From Oculina patagonica (taxonomy: Eukaryota), in NCBI RefSeq assembly GCF_052425735.1, contig NC_135764.1:19282001-19346000 (forward strand): a DNA stretch of 64,000 nucleotides, in the 5' to 3' direction. Shown piece by piece: positions 49,601 to 63,520 of this stretch (position 1 is the first letter of the stretch; every line of letters begins with the position of its first letter). The position numbers and the translations under genes were made by a program. Under the pieces are notes generated by a model. It saw only the letters and a list, made by a program, of their open reading frames with translations, searched no databases and was not told the origin of the DNA.

Positions 49601-52600
49601 CATCGTCTCGGTAGCTAGTCACGTCCCAGTTACGAACTACTATCTATAATTTAACATTTCAGTAGGAGCTGGTTAACTCTTTAACATACTGCAAATGCCC
49701 TAGACTATTTTTGGAATAAGTAGTAATTATTCGCTAAAATTTGCAAAAGCGTACATACAAAAAGTATTGCGGCGATTGTTCACTTTTGAATTTATTTTAC
49801 TGTACACCGCTGAGTAAATAACGTTTGTTTTTCTTTCATTCGCAGACTTCAATACTATATTCTTTAAACGCTGTTTCAAATTATCTCGGTAGTGTGCACA
49901 ATAACCTTGTACAAGATTGCCTTCAAACTATTAAGAGAACATTGAGAAGTTTTATTTTATTATTATTATTATTACTATTGCACGCAATCAGCCATACATT
50001 CTATGGGATTAATCGTGTCTTATATAAAATGGACCGAAACGATCCTGTTACTGTAGTTGTATAGTGGTTCTTCAGGCGTAGTTTACGTTTAAAATACAAG
50101 AAAGTTTGAATTTGTATACGAGAACACACAACAGCTTATTTTTATGCAAAACCGTCGCTGCTGCAAAGGAACAAAAAATCATTTTCATTTTGGAGTACTA
50201 AAGCACAGAAGCATTGTTTTTACTGGGCAAAGTTGGCGAGGCTTTATTCGATCTTTAAGCCTTTTACTCAACCGAGCGTTTTAGGAAAAAGTTACATTGA
50301 AAAGAGGACTACATGTCCAAATCAAATAACCTTACAGAAAGCACAACCAATACTTAGCGCCTGTGTGGAGATGAGATTATCACAAGGGGAATCCTTTAGT
50401 ATCAACATTGATATTCTCACAACTAACTTAAAGAAATTTGTAACGGGTAGTAAAAATAATTAATATTTCGAGGCTGGCAGAAAGGGATTATTAACAGTGA
50501 CGTTTCTTTCTCCACAGACGCCGCAAAAAGAAAGGTGACAGAAGTGTAATCATTCCAGAAGAAGCATTCGCAGTGGATGAGGAATATCTTCCACATCTTA
50601 AAGAGATCAGAATTCAAGATGAACCCCAACCTCTTCAAGATGGCGCGTCTGTGTCATATGAATCAGAATACACAAAGTTTAAATATTCCATGGGAGGAAA
50701 CATCAAGTTATATGACGACCATATCGCTTTGACAAGCCCAAGAAAAAAGCTTATAAAAACTCCCAAGCGTTCCTACAAAATTCTGGACCAAACTATGGAG
50801 AGCTCTTTAAACGACTCCCCTGCCCGAAGCGCCTTGTCCGAAAATTTCGGTAGTATGGATATGACACCGAGGATTTCAAACGCACCCGTGAAAAAGGGAT
50901 TTGAGATAAACGAAATACTTCAGGATCGTTCCTCGAATATGACTGTTGAAAATAAAGTTAAAAACGAATTGGAATCGAATGAGCAAATCCGTGCAGCGTT
51001 AGAACGGTTAAGACTTGCTGATAGTGGAACAGTTCAACTTTCCAAAAGTAACACTGCTTCGTCCAGTATCGCTGATAGCATAGCAAAAGTTGATTCGTGG
51101 AAAACGGATTTTGATAACTGTAATAGCCCGTCGCATGTTGTTGAGGGCATTGGAGATTCAAGGGTCCAGGAAACGAATTACGTATCGACAATTTCAGACG
51201 GGGCACTTCCACAACAACGTGAAGACACATCTTCTGGAAATGGCGCTAGAGCGAGAGACTATTCTCCTATCCGTTCAACGCCTGTGAGTGTGAATCCCTC
51301 AAATTTAAAAGACGACATTAAACCAAGCATTGACACGAGAGTTAACAGTAACGATCCGGGGAGATCTGAGGAGCAACTTGTGAACGAGCCGGACGCTACG
51401 ACAAATGATAGTAACTCGAGATTTGACGTCGGGAATAAGAATTACGAATCGAAAGGAGGTGAAATACAAGATCCAGAAAGGATGAATCGGTATAATAGAA
51501 CATTACTCTACGTCAATGAGCAGAATGAGACGCTTCAAAACGGGGATTACAACGAACTAAACATAGATTTGTCGGACTTGAGCTCAGATGTGTTCACAGA
51601 TAGCGAAATACCAACATCCGGTTTTTTGTCGCAGTCACGTGACGGAAAAAGCGACTTGGATTTTTACCCAGACTCCCCCACAACCGAGCAAGCATTCTCC
51701 AAGACTCCTTGTAGCTCCAGAAAGAACAGTTTGGAATCGTACATGTCTGATGATAGCATGTCCGTAAATGACATTGACATTAAAACGGCAGGAGGACAGA
51801 AAAGTAAGTTAATACTGAAAAAATGAGGAGTGCGACTTCATACGGACTTCAGGTCTACTTCCTGTAATCTGCAAACGAATCATTGTATTTTTGTTTTGTT
51901 TTTAATACTGTTGTCCAGTTCAAGCAGAAAGCTTCTGGGTTCTTCGTATGAGTGAAAGATACGGGAGATTGGCTGTTTAAAAGTACTATTTTTGTTTGTA
52001 TTCACTAAGAACTTATTGAAGAGTTTTCATTATACTGAAGAAGTATGCTTTTGCCAGACAGTGTTGAGACATGCAATTAAAACCCTCAGCGATGCCCGAA
52101 AACCAACAATACTTAATAAAAAAACTTTTTCTACCCCAAAAACACAAGTTAAGAAAACACATAACTTAATAATAAACTTTTTCTTACCTCCAAAAACACA
52201 AGTTAAGAAAACGAACTGAAAGGGTTATTTTAAATCGTGAGACCAATTTGGTATCTACATTACTTACAGCATACTGGGTGCGCGTAATGGAAAATGTAGC
52301 TAAGAGTTTGGTTTTCAGGTGAGAAAAACTGGTAAATAATTGATTCTCTAATAAGATAGTTCAGTGTGCTGTGACTGCTGTATCTCAGCCTTGCTCGACA
52401 ATTGTTTTGGGCACGCCTTACTTGCAAAAGTAGTGAAGGAACTAGTCAAAATCATTATAAACGAACTCACAAAAAGATGTTGTCTTTGGGCTAAACATGT
52501 TTTGTACAAAAGTGCATTTCATTTTAATGTTTAAAATCAGCTTGGAAGAATGAGAAAAGCTCACTTCAACACATATTTTATCTGTTGTAATTTCCACAGA

Positions 52601-55105
52601 AATACATAAGCTCGTCCCGAATGGTGGCGTACATTCAAATTCACACATGAAACAAAATGGCAAGGCAAAACAGGTAACTTTACTCAGTGTAGTATCACTG
52701 TCAAGTGTGATTACACACAACACATTCAGCTCTTTTAGTTTTATATACAACTTACATTCCGACATCTCGTTTGCTCACTAGCTGGTGTACCTTTCTATCT
52801 AACCAGCTATCTGTAAAATTCCGGTTTAAGTCCCCCAGTTATAAGCCCATCACCGAAACAAAAAATACATCCGAAAGCCCCCTCTACCGGATGACAGTAT
52901 CACCAGAAAGCTACCTAAACAGGTCAAACTTGTTAATATGCAGCTTTAAAATGGATAAACCACGACTGTTTCATTACACAATGACCATGTTTGAGGTAGC
53001 TTAACACCAAGCCAAGCTGCTACCATTCATCTAACTTGGGCCTACTCCATAACTAATGGCATTACGTAATGTGAATGCGTTTCTCAGTAACAGATTTTCT
53101 TTCCTACCGTTTCCATTTTAACTTCTCTTCGTTTGTTTTCCTCTAGCCACAGGGAACTAAAACCAAGCTATCAGAGGTAAAAGCAAAGGTTGGATCGCTG
53201 CAAAAACTGAAAAATAAACCAGGTAGGTGTCAATTGCATTTGTCAGGTTTGAAAATTCCTTTCCTCCATTTAATATTGCTTGCTTGTTCCTTTTTTATTA
53301 GGCGGGGCGAAAAACGAAACAAAGAAGATTGACTTTAACAAGAAAGCGAAATCTAAGGTCAATTCTTTTGGCAACATCGGCCATGTACCGGGTGGAGGAA
53401 AAGTTAAGGTAAAAAAAAACATTAAAGGAGCTATGTCACCGGGTCTTTTAAGTCATTTTTCTGATCAGTTTCTTGACGTAGCTTCCTTAATATTCTCTCT
53501 TTCCTAATTTTCTTTCGTTTCTTTTACTTTTTTGCTGTTTTTGTTTATTGTTGACTGTTTTTGTTTATTGTTGACTTATTTTGACCAATTTGTAAGACGC
53601 TGCTTTGAAGCTCAGCCGGGCTGTTCAAAAGGCGATTAACACTAACCCGGAATTTAAGTTGATCGAGGGTTAAATTTTTCTGGTATAGAAGTGTTTTTAT
53701 TGCTTATGTTTTGTAGAGTTTGAGATTTGTCGACGCCAAAACTGGAAAACAGGAAATATAAACATGAAAACCTCACTGAACGTTGAAACACTGAATTCAA
53801 AATTCACGGTAATCCTGGATTAGCTTAAGTTTAATCAACGGCCCAGGTTTAAAGGCGTTTATCTTCCAGTTCTCTTATTTACTCACTTTTCAGGCTATAC
53901 CATTCTAATCGGGTATAATTACAACAGCCGTAACCATTTACCTAGAAACACATTGCCATCTCTCAAACTTATAGAATTTTGACTGCTGTTGCTAACACTT
54001 TTTACTCTTGCTAGGTTCAGGCAGATAAAGTGAGTCCTCATAGACGTGTGGAACCCAGAACAGACACCCATGGAGTCGAGGCGTACAGTTATTTACCCTC
54101 TGAATTTCAAGAGATTGCAAAACGCCTTGCTAAACAAGACAGACAGCTTCGAAACTCCAAAATCAGTGGCAGCAGTTCAAGTGGCCGAAGCCGTCCGCGG
54201 TCGCGACGATCAAGCCACGGGTCGAGCCGAGCAGGTAGCGTCAGTCCCGACCGACGATTGGCTTCAAAACCGAACTTTCGGTTAGGAAGACTGTCGGGGT
54301 CGTCTTTCAATCTCAACACTTCAACCATAAGTCTCGGACCCAATTCACCTAACAAAACTACCAGGCGTCCCTCGATAAACAGGACACCTAGCATTCGCTC
54401 CAGGCCCACAACACCAAGCCTGAGTCGGTCGCATCCTGCCACCTTTGTCACGCCATACGACTCGCGGTCACGGCCTTCCTCCAGACCGTCTTCTCGACCA
54501 AACTCGCGTCCCTCGTCGCCCGTGCGATCACGTAATGCATCACCGACAAATGGTAGGTACACACAAGGCTCATCGCCCGCTCCCAATTACCGAAAATCAT
54601 CGAAGCAAAACCGAACATCGCCGAGCTCCAATCGATCGAAGACAAGAATGTCCAATGGAATGGGAGGACGATCAACTAACTTGACTGGACTTTCAAGCGT
54701 GGAAATAGGCCTGGGTAAGTAAAATCTGAAAAAAACTATTTAAAAGAGCATTATGTTCTTTTATTTTTCTTACAAACAGAGTTAAAATTATCAACCTAAA
54801 TTATCAACAGTATGTAAACTTGAATATTTTAAAAACGTTTGTTTTTGTGATGTATATACAAGGCTAAAAAGATAAAAAAAAAAGTGGATATAAACAATTA
54901 AAAGGAACCAAACGTTTTCGACATGTATGTCATCACCAGGGTATTTAACCTATCAGGTTTTGGTCTAAAAAGCCGCTTTGTTAAGGTATCCACGCCCCTT
55001 AATGTCTGATATACGTTATGAGCAAAGTTGTGTGAACGATATTTTTTAATGATTTTATTTTCAGCGTCGGGATCTGTATTCCAAGTGATTCCAGTCCACA
55101 AATAG
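46664..55105 (+). CDS. Tau/MAP2-family repeat-containing protein (~800 aa), possibly membrane-anchored; first exon uncertain
   Basis: Phase-consistent exons 47699-47755, 50518-51803, 52600-52673, 53147-53222, 53302-53408, 54015-54714, 55065-55105. Tau repeats EVKAKVGSLQKLKNKPGGA and KAKSKVNSFGNIGHVPGGGKVKV. Acidic disordered N-terminal half and a Ser/Arg/Pro-rich tail. Putative exon 1 (46664-46797) contains an in-frame TAG and has a weak donor. Confidence 0.75.
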
Positions 55106-56796
55106 AAGAAGCTCAGTCAAGAACGCCTTACCGCTCACCAAAACAGACTTCACGGTGGAAGTCTTAAAGTCTCTCCAAAAGACCCTTGAATAGCTTTTGA
55201 GTGTGTGTTGTAGAAATTCTAAATGCGTGTTTGAATTTAACGATATCGTCTATAAATAAATGTCGGTTGTTGAAACATTTTAGAAAGCTGCTGGTCAGCT
55301 GAAGGAGTTTGAGCAAGATAAACGCGACACATCATTTGAGGCTCTGCCACACATAATCGCCTGCAATGTTCTCGCCTTTTTATTCTGGGCAAGTCACCTG
55401 CATCGGCCTAGACACAACGTGCGAGAAAACTAGACTTGCTGGAAAAAAAGACTTCCTTTTTACTCCGCATATAAATGATAAAAGGACAGGTTTAATAAGT
55501 TAAGAAAGATACCAATAATACAAGCATTCGCGCAACTGAGTATCGAGTATCGATTGGAAAACATGATTAATTCTAATCCGGCTTTCGTCGGGTTCTCAAT
55601 AAAGACTGGAATAAGAATCCAAAGAACTGCATTGTTTTATCTAACTCTCAAATGAATACAGAATCATTTACAGTACTAGAAATAGTGAAAAATGATTCTG
55701 CGTGAATGCTGAGTTTTCCTAATCGCGAGAATATAGTTAACAAAAATATTTAATTTTTCTCCTTGATTACATCAACGTGCGGGTTGGTTGTACAGAGCGT
55801 CCTGGCTTGTGAGTTGTAGATCGCCTTAGCCAATCAGATCATGCGTTTTATCAATGCTGTGTTATAACATTGCTGCAAATACTGAAAAAAGTAAATTTGA
55901 AAGGTAACATAGATTTCCTCAGTCTTGAAAAAATGTTCGAATATTAGTTAGTTCACTGTCCAAGTTTTGATATATTTTCAAGCTGTTACTGTTTTGAACT
56001 TGATAACTGCCGAGATCAAATCTTTTGTAACCTTTTCTCGCTGTTTGTAATATGCTTCAATAGGAAAGACGAATCTAACAGTCGTCCAATGTAAAAGTGT
56101 TTAGTGAACAATTGTATATCGGAAATAATAATTTTTTTAAAAAAAAAAAGGTAGAGGAATCTTTCTCTAATAAATGATGTAACCACCTGAAGAAGAGCTC
56201 TGTTGATTTTTTTACTAATTTTTGATAATGAACGTAAGAGAGATCACTATGGAGTAATGTCGTCGATATTATCAAATAAAGTATGGCTTTGAGAAGCAGA
56301 ACGTTTAACTAGTCATACATCGTGACTGTTTTGATTGTTTGATATATCTTTTCAAACGAATTCATTTTGTAATAAAATTTCATTCAGTCCTGTGGTACTC
56401 AAATGGCAAAAGGCAAGGAAGCCATGCTGGTGTGCTTAATATAATTTCTTTTGTACAGTGTACACCAATATGGCGGCTATTAGGTCAAGTGAATACCAGA
56501 AATAGATTCTGAATTATTGAGTTTGAGAAGTGAGGATAACTACCATTGTTTAGAATGAAAATTCGTTACAAAGTAAGCAAACTTGAAAATGAGGGATCAC
56601 TTCTGGGTCCAATTCCTTTGATATTTTGCAAAACTCTTGTTGCAACAGAAAACCTTTTTTGCTAAAACAATGTTATTTACTTACTGTAGCCTTAACTCAA
56701 CGATTTTAACCTTAAATAGGCCTCTTTTGATATATTTAGAACTCGGATCCGAGCTTTAAGGGAATATAACAAGAGAAATTACATCATGGTTGAAGT

Positions 56797-56963
56797 ATTC
56801 TTGGTTTGAAACCACGTGATAAGGCGGCCATGTTGGGTGACAAAACAACAAAATATGTTTTTGCGGAATTTGCATGATAAAAAAGTTTAGTTCCCAACGG
56901 AGGAGAACGCTTTGTTCCTGTCCTCCAACATGGCTGCTGTGACGTCAGCTGCAAACCAGCAAT
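56797..56963. mobile_element. MITE (GGCGGCCATGTTGG family)
   Basis: ATTCTTGGTTTG..CACGTGATAAGGCGGCCATGTTGG paired with CCAACATGGCTGCTGTGACGTCA..CAAACCAGCAAT. Confidence 0.6.
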
Positions 56964-57259
56964 AATTAAGTAATTTCTTTTGTTTTATTTCACTAAGCTT
57001 CGGAGCAAGTTTAGAACTTTGTTTTGACGAATTTGGTCTATTTAGTTTGTAAAGTCTGAGAAGGCTTAAAAACGACACACAAAAAACACTTTCAGTTCTT
57101 TTGTCTTGAGCTCAAAGCTTCAACAATTTTATTTATTTTCAGGCAACATTTTGTACATGATGTACGTAAATTATATTAAATTTAAGATTTTTCAATAAAT
57201 TAAAACTTCTCTTATATCAATTCAAACAAATATCGTTTTGTTTCCTTTTTAAGAATAAA

Positions 57260-60200
57260 TTAGTTTGGCTGTAAAAACAGATCCTGATTAAGCAGGTTTT
57301 GTCGTCGAGCGCGTTCGATGGCGGACATCAACATGCTCTGACACCTGACTTGAGAAAAGTCCATCTGGTCATATGGCTGAAAAAAGGGAAAAAAAAAACA
57401 AGAAATAGATTTAGAGTGGAGTTTTAATTATATTAGTTTGAGTCGAACCAGTAAACAAAACGAGTCACCCCGCCGAGAGGGGATTGGGTCGAGGATGAGT
57501 GCTTTCCAGCTCTCGTTTTGAAGCTGACGGATAGCTAGGTGGTCTTAGCAAATCAATGGGATGTGCAAGTATCAGGCGGGCACTTTTTGTATGTTACCTT
57601 CGCAAATTCTACTCACTGGTTCTTTGCATTGGCGATTATAAAGTTCTAGTGCAGAATTTGATTATGATTCATTTCGTCTTTTTGAGTTTACCTACCGTAA
57701 GAACCATGTGCAGCTTGTGTAGAGACAACAGCAACATGGCCACACCAATGAAATGCAGATCACCTAACCCGGAACCTGGAAACGACAAAAGAGAATAATG
57801 AGTGCTTTACAAAGAAATGACAGTGCCTCGAGTCCAGCAGTACCCCGCAGTCGAACCCTCTAGACCCTCGCAGAGGTGTGGGGTAGACGGAAAAGAGTTC
57901 AGTTCAGATATTAAACTAAGCGGCTTATTGTACATCCAAGGTTTTATGATACTGGGGTAGAGTTCCCGAGAAACGGGCAAGCAAGCGAAATTCCAACAAT
58001 AAAACGAGACTTTCAACTCGCAATAGCTCTGGTTTATATGTTCAATTAAGCCGAAAACAATTCGCCTTTAGATTCCCAACAGTTTATATTATACAGATTT
58101 GTCTCGACAGTATGAGGTTTTCACTGCTAACCGATGAAAATACAAAGAGAGGTTTTGGTTTACAATGTAATCTGAACACTGTACACGTACCAATCAAATG
58201 CCTCCAGCAGGCAAATAACTGAGAGGTGAGTGACATGCGCAGTGAAGACCAGGTGCAGTTAAGTAGCTGGCTTGTCCAGTGCGATAGAATGGACAGCGCC
58301 GTGGACACTGAAACAGAAGAGAAAGTAAATATTACGACGCGAGCAACAATACATGTCTTACAGTTAGTGAAATCCCGATTACTCGAGCCTCCAAGGAAAC
58401 CGAAAATTGGTTCGAGAAATTGGGGGGAGGGGGGGGGGGTAAAATTGCAGTGTTTGGCTGATTGAAGCAAATCCAAGGGAAAATTTTGGTTGCAGTCATC
58501 AGGAGGCTCAAGAAATCGAGGGTTTGAAAAATCGGGTTTCCTGAATATGAACTGTCGGCAAGCAGAGAAAAAGTATTTTTCATAGGAAACAAACAAGACG
58601 TTTTTAAAAAAAGATGCCGAAATACATCTGAAATAAATGAAACAAGTGTCGACTGTAAGAGTTGTATATACTTACATTTTTGGGCGCAGAGCAGGGGAGT
58701 GGCTCGTATAAAGTAACGTATACCCCACTGCACATTCAACAGAAACTTCCGCAGAGGGGTGGGCTCATTTTCCTCTATGAGCTCTGCCATAACACCAGCC
58801 AACCTAAAGGGAATATAAAAATGATTTTCCTTGAAACACTTCTACATGCAGCGTTTATATCCAACATAACCGGTTTGGTGCGTTGACTGATTTTATTGCT
58901 TGTCAAGGTAATGTAATCACACATACTCTATTACATTCTCTATTCCAATCCAATAGGAGAATAGTTACAAAATTTCACTGTTAAGGGAAAAAAAGCTCCT
59001 TTTAGACAAATATAACACTAGTCCGTTCAAAAGGTGTCATTTTTGGTTAACACCTCCTTGACTGAAGCACAAGAGTTTCTGACTGTTATTCGATAAGCAA
59101 AAGATAACGCGAGGACTCATGATTGTTTGGCAAGTCCGAGACTAAACCCCGGCCTCATTCAATTATAAAGATAGGATTCCACCTGGAAAAGGTCATTTGT
59201 TCACCAGTATTAAGACCTTAGATATCGTAGCTCATAATAAAAGGGTAACATAACGAGAAATATATTCTTGAAAGTCATTTTACTTATTTTTTCTACAAAA
59301 CCGTAACTAGGCTATGAAAGTCTATAGAGAAAGAAATTTGTTCAAGTTAGAAAGTGATTTTATTTTTCTTACCTTCCTGCAAATTCCACTCCAAGTCTAG
59401 GGTCTTTGCTGTTGTTGAAACCCTGCACCATCAAACGGGCGAACACACGACCTTGCCTGTATATCAGGAGCATACAGTCAGGACTGCACAGTTGCTTATT
59501 AATCAGAAGCATACAGTTGCTTATAAAAAAAAAAAGTTTAAAAGAAGCAAACGACCTTACGCTAAACATGTGATTGCGAATTGGAAAATTGGCTTCTAAA
59601 CTAAAAACGTTGTGATTCGTCAGTTAATTAACCGTCACCGCCCCTTTACAAAAATCAGATGGAGTTTTAAGTGTTAGCCCTTTGGATGATGGCACAACAA
59701 GAATAAGAAACGGATAATGATGCTAATATAAAGGCTATCACCAATAGCTTTGATTTCGTTTTAAATAAATGGTGAGTAAAAGACTACTATCTCTTTACAA
59801 TTATTTCACGAGCACGCGTTGGATATGTGATGGTAGACAGCGGTGAGCCATCGCGCCCGGCCTCATTGGCTGTAATCATCTTGTATCATATAAACGCGTG
59901 TGGAATTACTGCTTTATTAAAAACCAACATTATTTTGTCATAACGTTGCTCAATAAAATAATTTTAAAAAGGCTAAAAAGGGATAAAAAGTTATTAAAGT
60001 TCTTAAAAACAAAACGTTTTCGACAACAATATTTTGTTGACCATGTTTGTCGAGCATGGTATTATGGATATTCTTAATAATACTTAAAAATTAATGTCGT
60101 GGTTACCCTACTTCAGTTAATGCAAAGAAGGAAGAGACTTTTAAAGAACTAAACTGAAGTAAAGTATTAACGCTCGATGTAGCTTCACCGTATCAGAGGC

Positions 60201-63200
60201 CAGGTTTGCAGATTAAAATCTAGCGCATCCAAGACTTTCGTTTACGTCTCTTATCTGCTTAATGTTTTCTTTATTTTAAATAGAATTTTAAATTGGAGTG
60301 TAAATCTAGTCCCTGATTTAGTTCAAATTAGGTTAGAAAAGTAGAAACGATTACTTTAAAAAATCGTCATTTTTTTCCATCCGATTGAACTGAGGTATCA
60401 GTGCAGATGAAAATGAAAATATATAATGTTACTTAAATGGGACGGCTACCATGGCAAACGCATTTTGCCCACTGAAAGACCATTTTAAAGACTGACATTA
60501 AGTCATAATTACTTCCAAATCAACATATATTGCATGACTGTCAAGGAATATAAATTTTAACCTGTTAAAAGAAATCACTTTCTGGAATAAATTTTAACCA
60601 GAAAAAAGTAGTGTGTCGGGTTTTTTTATGTGTTATGTTTGCTTTTTCATAAATTTGTCAAAACTGTTGTCTTTGTTTGAGTTGAACATTGTCATATCAG
60701 TAAAAGGAATTGACATTTCGAATGAATATTCTTGCTTTTTTGAACTATGCCACGTAGTATTTACATGATTTTTTTTTTTAAAAAAATGGTTCAAAAAAAT
60801 CGAAACGCCCGTATGAAACTTAACAACCAAATGGTGTTTTATTAATCGGGCGGGGCCTGGGCCGATTATATTTTGTGTGTTTTTTTTTTTTTTTGGTTCC
60901 CGGGCCCCCGTTTTTTTGGTTTTTTGTCTTTTTTTTTTTTTTTTTTTTTTGGACCTTTTTTTTTTTTTTTTTGGTTACCTTTAGAAGAGGAGAAAAATAT
61001 ACAATGTAAATACCTCAGCTGAGTAGCTTTACAATAAATTATACATCTTATACGCTAATCGCATACACTAATGTACGAATCATCAGCATCATCTCTCCGT
61101 TTGTGACAGGCGTTGCATAAGGCCTCGTGTACAAAAGAGACTTTAAAAGAATCAATCGATAGAAACAAATTAACGTTTGATGTAGCTTCTAGTTCATCAC
61201 AACAGGGGTACATTAACAAGGCACTTTTAATGTCTTCACGTAACTTTAAAAGCTCCCAAATCTTCCCGATTAACATATGTGATGTTTTTCATAAATGGAA
61301 TGTCAAGGAATATAAAATTTCACCTGCTAAAGGAAACTACATTATGGGATATACTTTTGCTTAAAAAAAGTTTTTTTGTGTGTGTGTGGTGTTTGCTTTT
61401 TTCAATTGTTAGTTGTAATGGTCTTTGTGGTTTTTTGAGTTGAAGATTGTCAAATTCGTAAACAAACTGACATTTTAAAGGCATAATTCTTCCTTTAACT
61501 TGGAACTATGTCAGGTAATATTTACAGGAAACTTTCTAACCATTTTTTACCTCAAACTCGACAATATTAGACTTAATCAACCAAATTGTCATATATTGCC
61601 TTTAGAAGAGGAGAAAATGATACAATGTAAAAAGGCCTCGGGCTGGGCGGTTTTACAACATATCAGTAGCGTGAAGACTATGATCCCGGTTACTTAACAA
61701 ATCTTTCGAAACGTATTAACGTCTTCACGAAATAGAGGCCAGTTTTGAAGGTTAGAATCATGTCAATCCAAGAATTCCGTTCATGCCTCTTTTCTGTTAA
61801 ATATTTTTCTTTATTTTAAACAGACGCTAAATAAGGCTGTTGTGTTGGCATAATTCCCAATACCCAAACGATAATATTATCCATCGAGTCGTCGACTCAG
61901 CTCAAATAAGGTTAAATAGAAAACTACAGAGAGAAAACTTTTTGTCTCATTGGTTTACGTTTTTCCGATATTTGAGGCAGACATACAGTTGAAACAGAAT
62001 AACTCTAATATAGGCTCCTTATGCTTAATTTAATAGCACGACCGGCACGGAAATCGCAAATGTCCTCTAAAAAGCCACTTTAAAATCTGACATAAACGTC
62101 AATTTTATGCCTTCATGTAATTTAATTTAATAGCCGCCTAATCTTCTCTATTTACAGATATTGATGTTTTCAATAAATGGAATGTGAAAGAATATAAAAT
62201 TTCACCTGTTCAGGAATAATATATCATGGAGTAAACTTTTCTTTAAAAAATTGTTGTCATTGTTGTTTTTTCTATGTATAATGTTTGCTTTTTGAAAAAA
62301 GTTATCAAAATTGTTATCTTTAATAGGTTTTTGTTATTTGAGTTGAACTTAGAACGATGTCACGTAGTCTTAACAGGAAATTTTAAACTATTTTTAAACT
62401 CGAAACGACAGCGTGAAACTTTTAAGCTAAATTGTTATAAAAAAGCACAATATTACAAAACTTGACTGAGAACCATATTTTACACCATATACAATGTAGC
62501 GTAGATGCAATTTTTTCCTAATGAAGATGAATTTTTCAACAGTGACACGAGCAAAGGAGCATGGGACAAAGAAAAATTCTGAGTCCCCGACGGGAATCGA
62601 GCCCATAGCCTCAAAGATACCGGTTGGGCGCTCTAACCAACTGAGTTACGAGAAACTCGTGGTGAGCTGGGCCATATACTAGGTTGACATGTATATGACC
62701 TAGCTCACCACGAGTCTCTCGTAGCTCAGTTGGTTAAAGCTTCCAACCGGTATCTGGGAGGCCATGGGTTCGATTCCCTTTGGGGACTCATATAATTTTT
62801 CTTTGTCCCATGCTCGTATCATTGTTGAAAATTCGTCTTCATTATTTATTACCGAGCTTAAAATTCACAATCTTAATTTTTTATTAGTCCGACAATTTAT
62901 AATCCGTATCAGTTAAGGCAATCTTTATTGCTTTACATGTTATTATAGCTTATTAATGTTTTTTCTTTCTTTCTTTCTATTTTTTTTTTTGGGGGGGGGG
63001 GGGGGGAGGGTTTCTCCGCCTTGGTAATATATTCTTTGAAGTTTTCTTCGCTTTGAGTATAACTAAATTTTAATTAAGATATCATAAAATATGTTCTGAT
63101 TAACTTTTAATGCCAGATTATTAAAACAAGAAAACATTCTTTATAAGAACTTTTATAACTGTAAGTCGGGATTATTTTTTAAGAACTCAGCGATAAGAAA

Positions 63201-63488
63201 AATGAGAAGAGCAAACCATGGTAATACGCCACAATTCGTCTTCAAGCCTGTTATATTGTTTTATCAAAAACTGGTAAAATCCGAATTTATTAAAAACTAG
63301 CAATGGTATATTGCAATTCCGGAGTTTTAATTGGTTAACAGGCAATGGTATATGAGATCATACACAATGGGTCCTAAATATGGTGGGTGCACGCGTCAAC
63401 GAGAACAGCCGGGCAGCTTAAATATTGCAATTCTTTGGGCGTTTTACTAAAACAATTATTCCACTCGCACTTATTGGGCGCGTATCAC

Positions 63489-63520
<32 letters not shown>

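Noticed and set aside
51600-51615. SxIP EB1-binding motif (SEIP) in the tau-like protein
   Set aside because: It is in an acidic context, whereas functional SxIP motifs need basic, Ser-rich flanks.
55065-55168. Longer alternative reading frame of the last MAP exon (VGICIPSD...RWKS*)
   Set aside because: It needs a phase-2 donor, but the clear donor at 54715 is phase 1. Transcripts would be needed to exclude it fully.
60865-60975. Long poly-T/G tracts (also ~24440-24545) as biological signals
   Set aside because: They look like low-quality or homopolymer-inflated assembly sequence.
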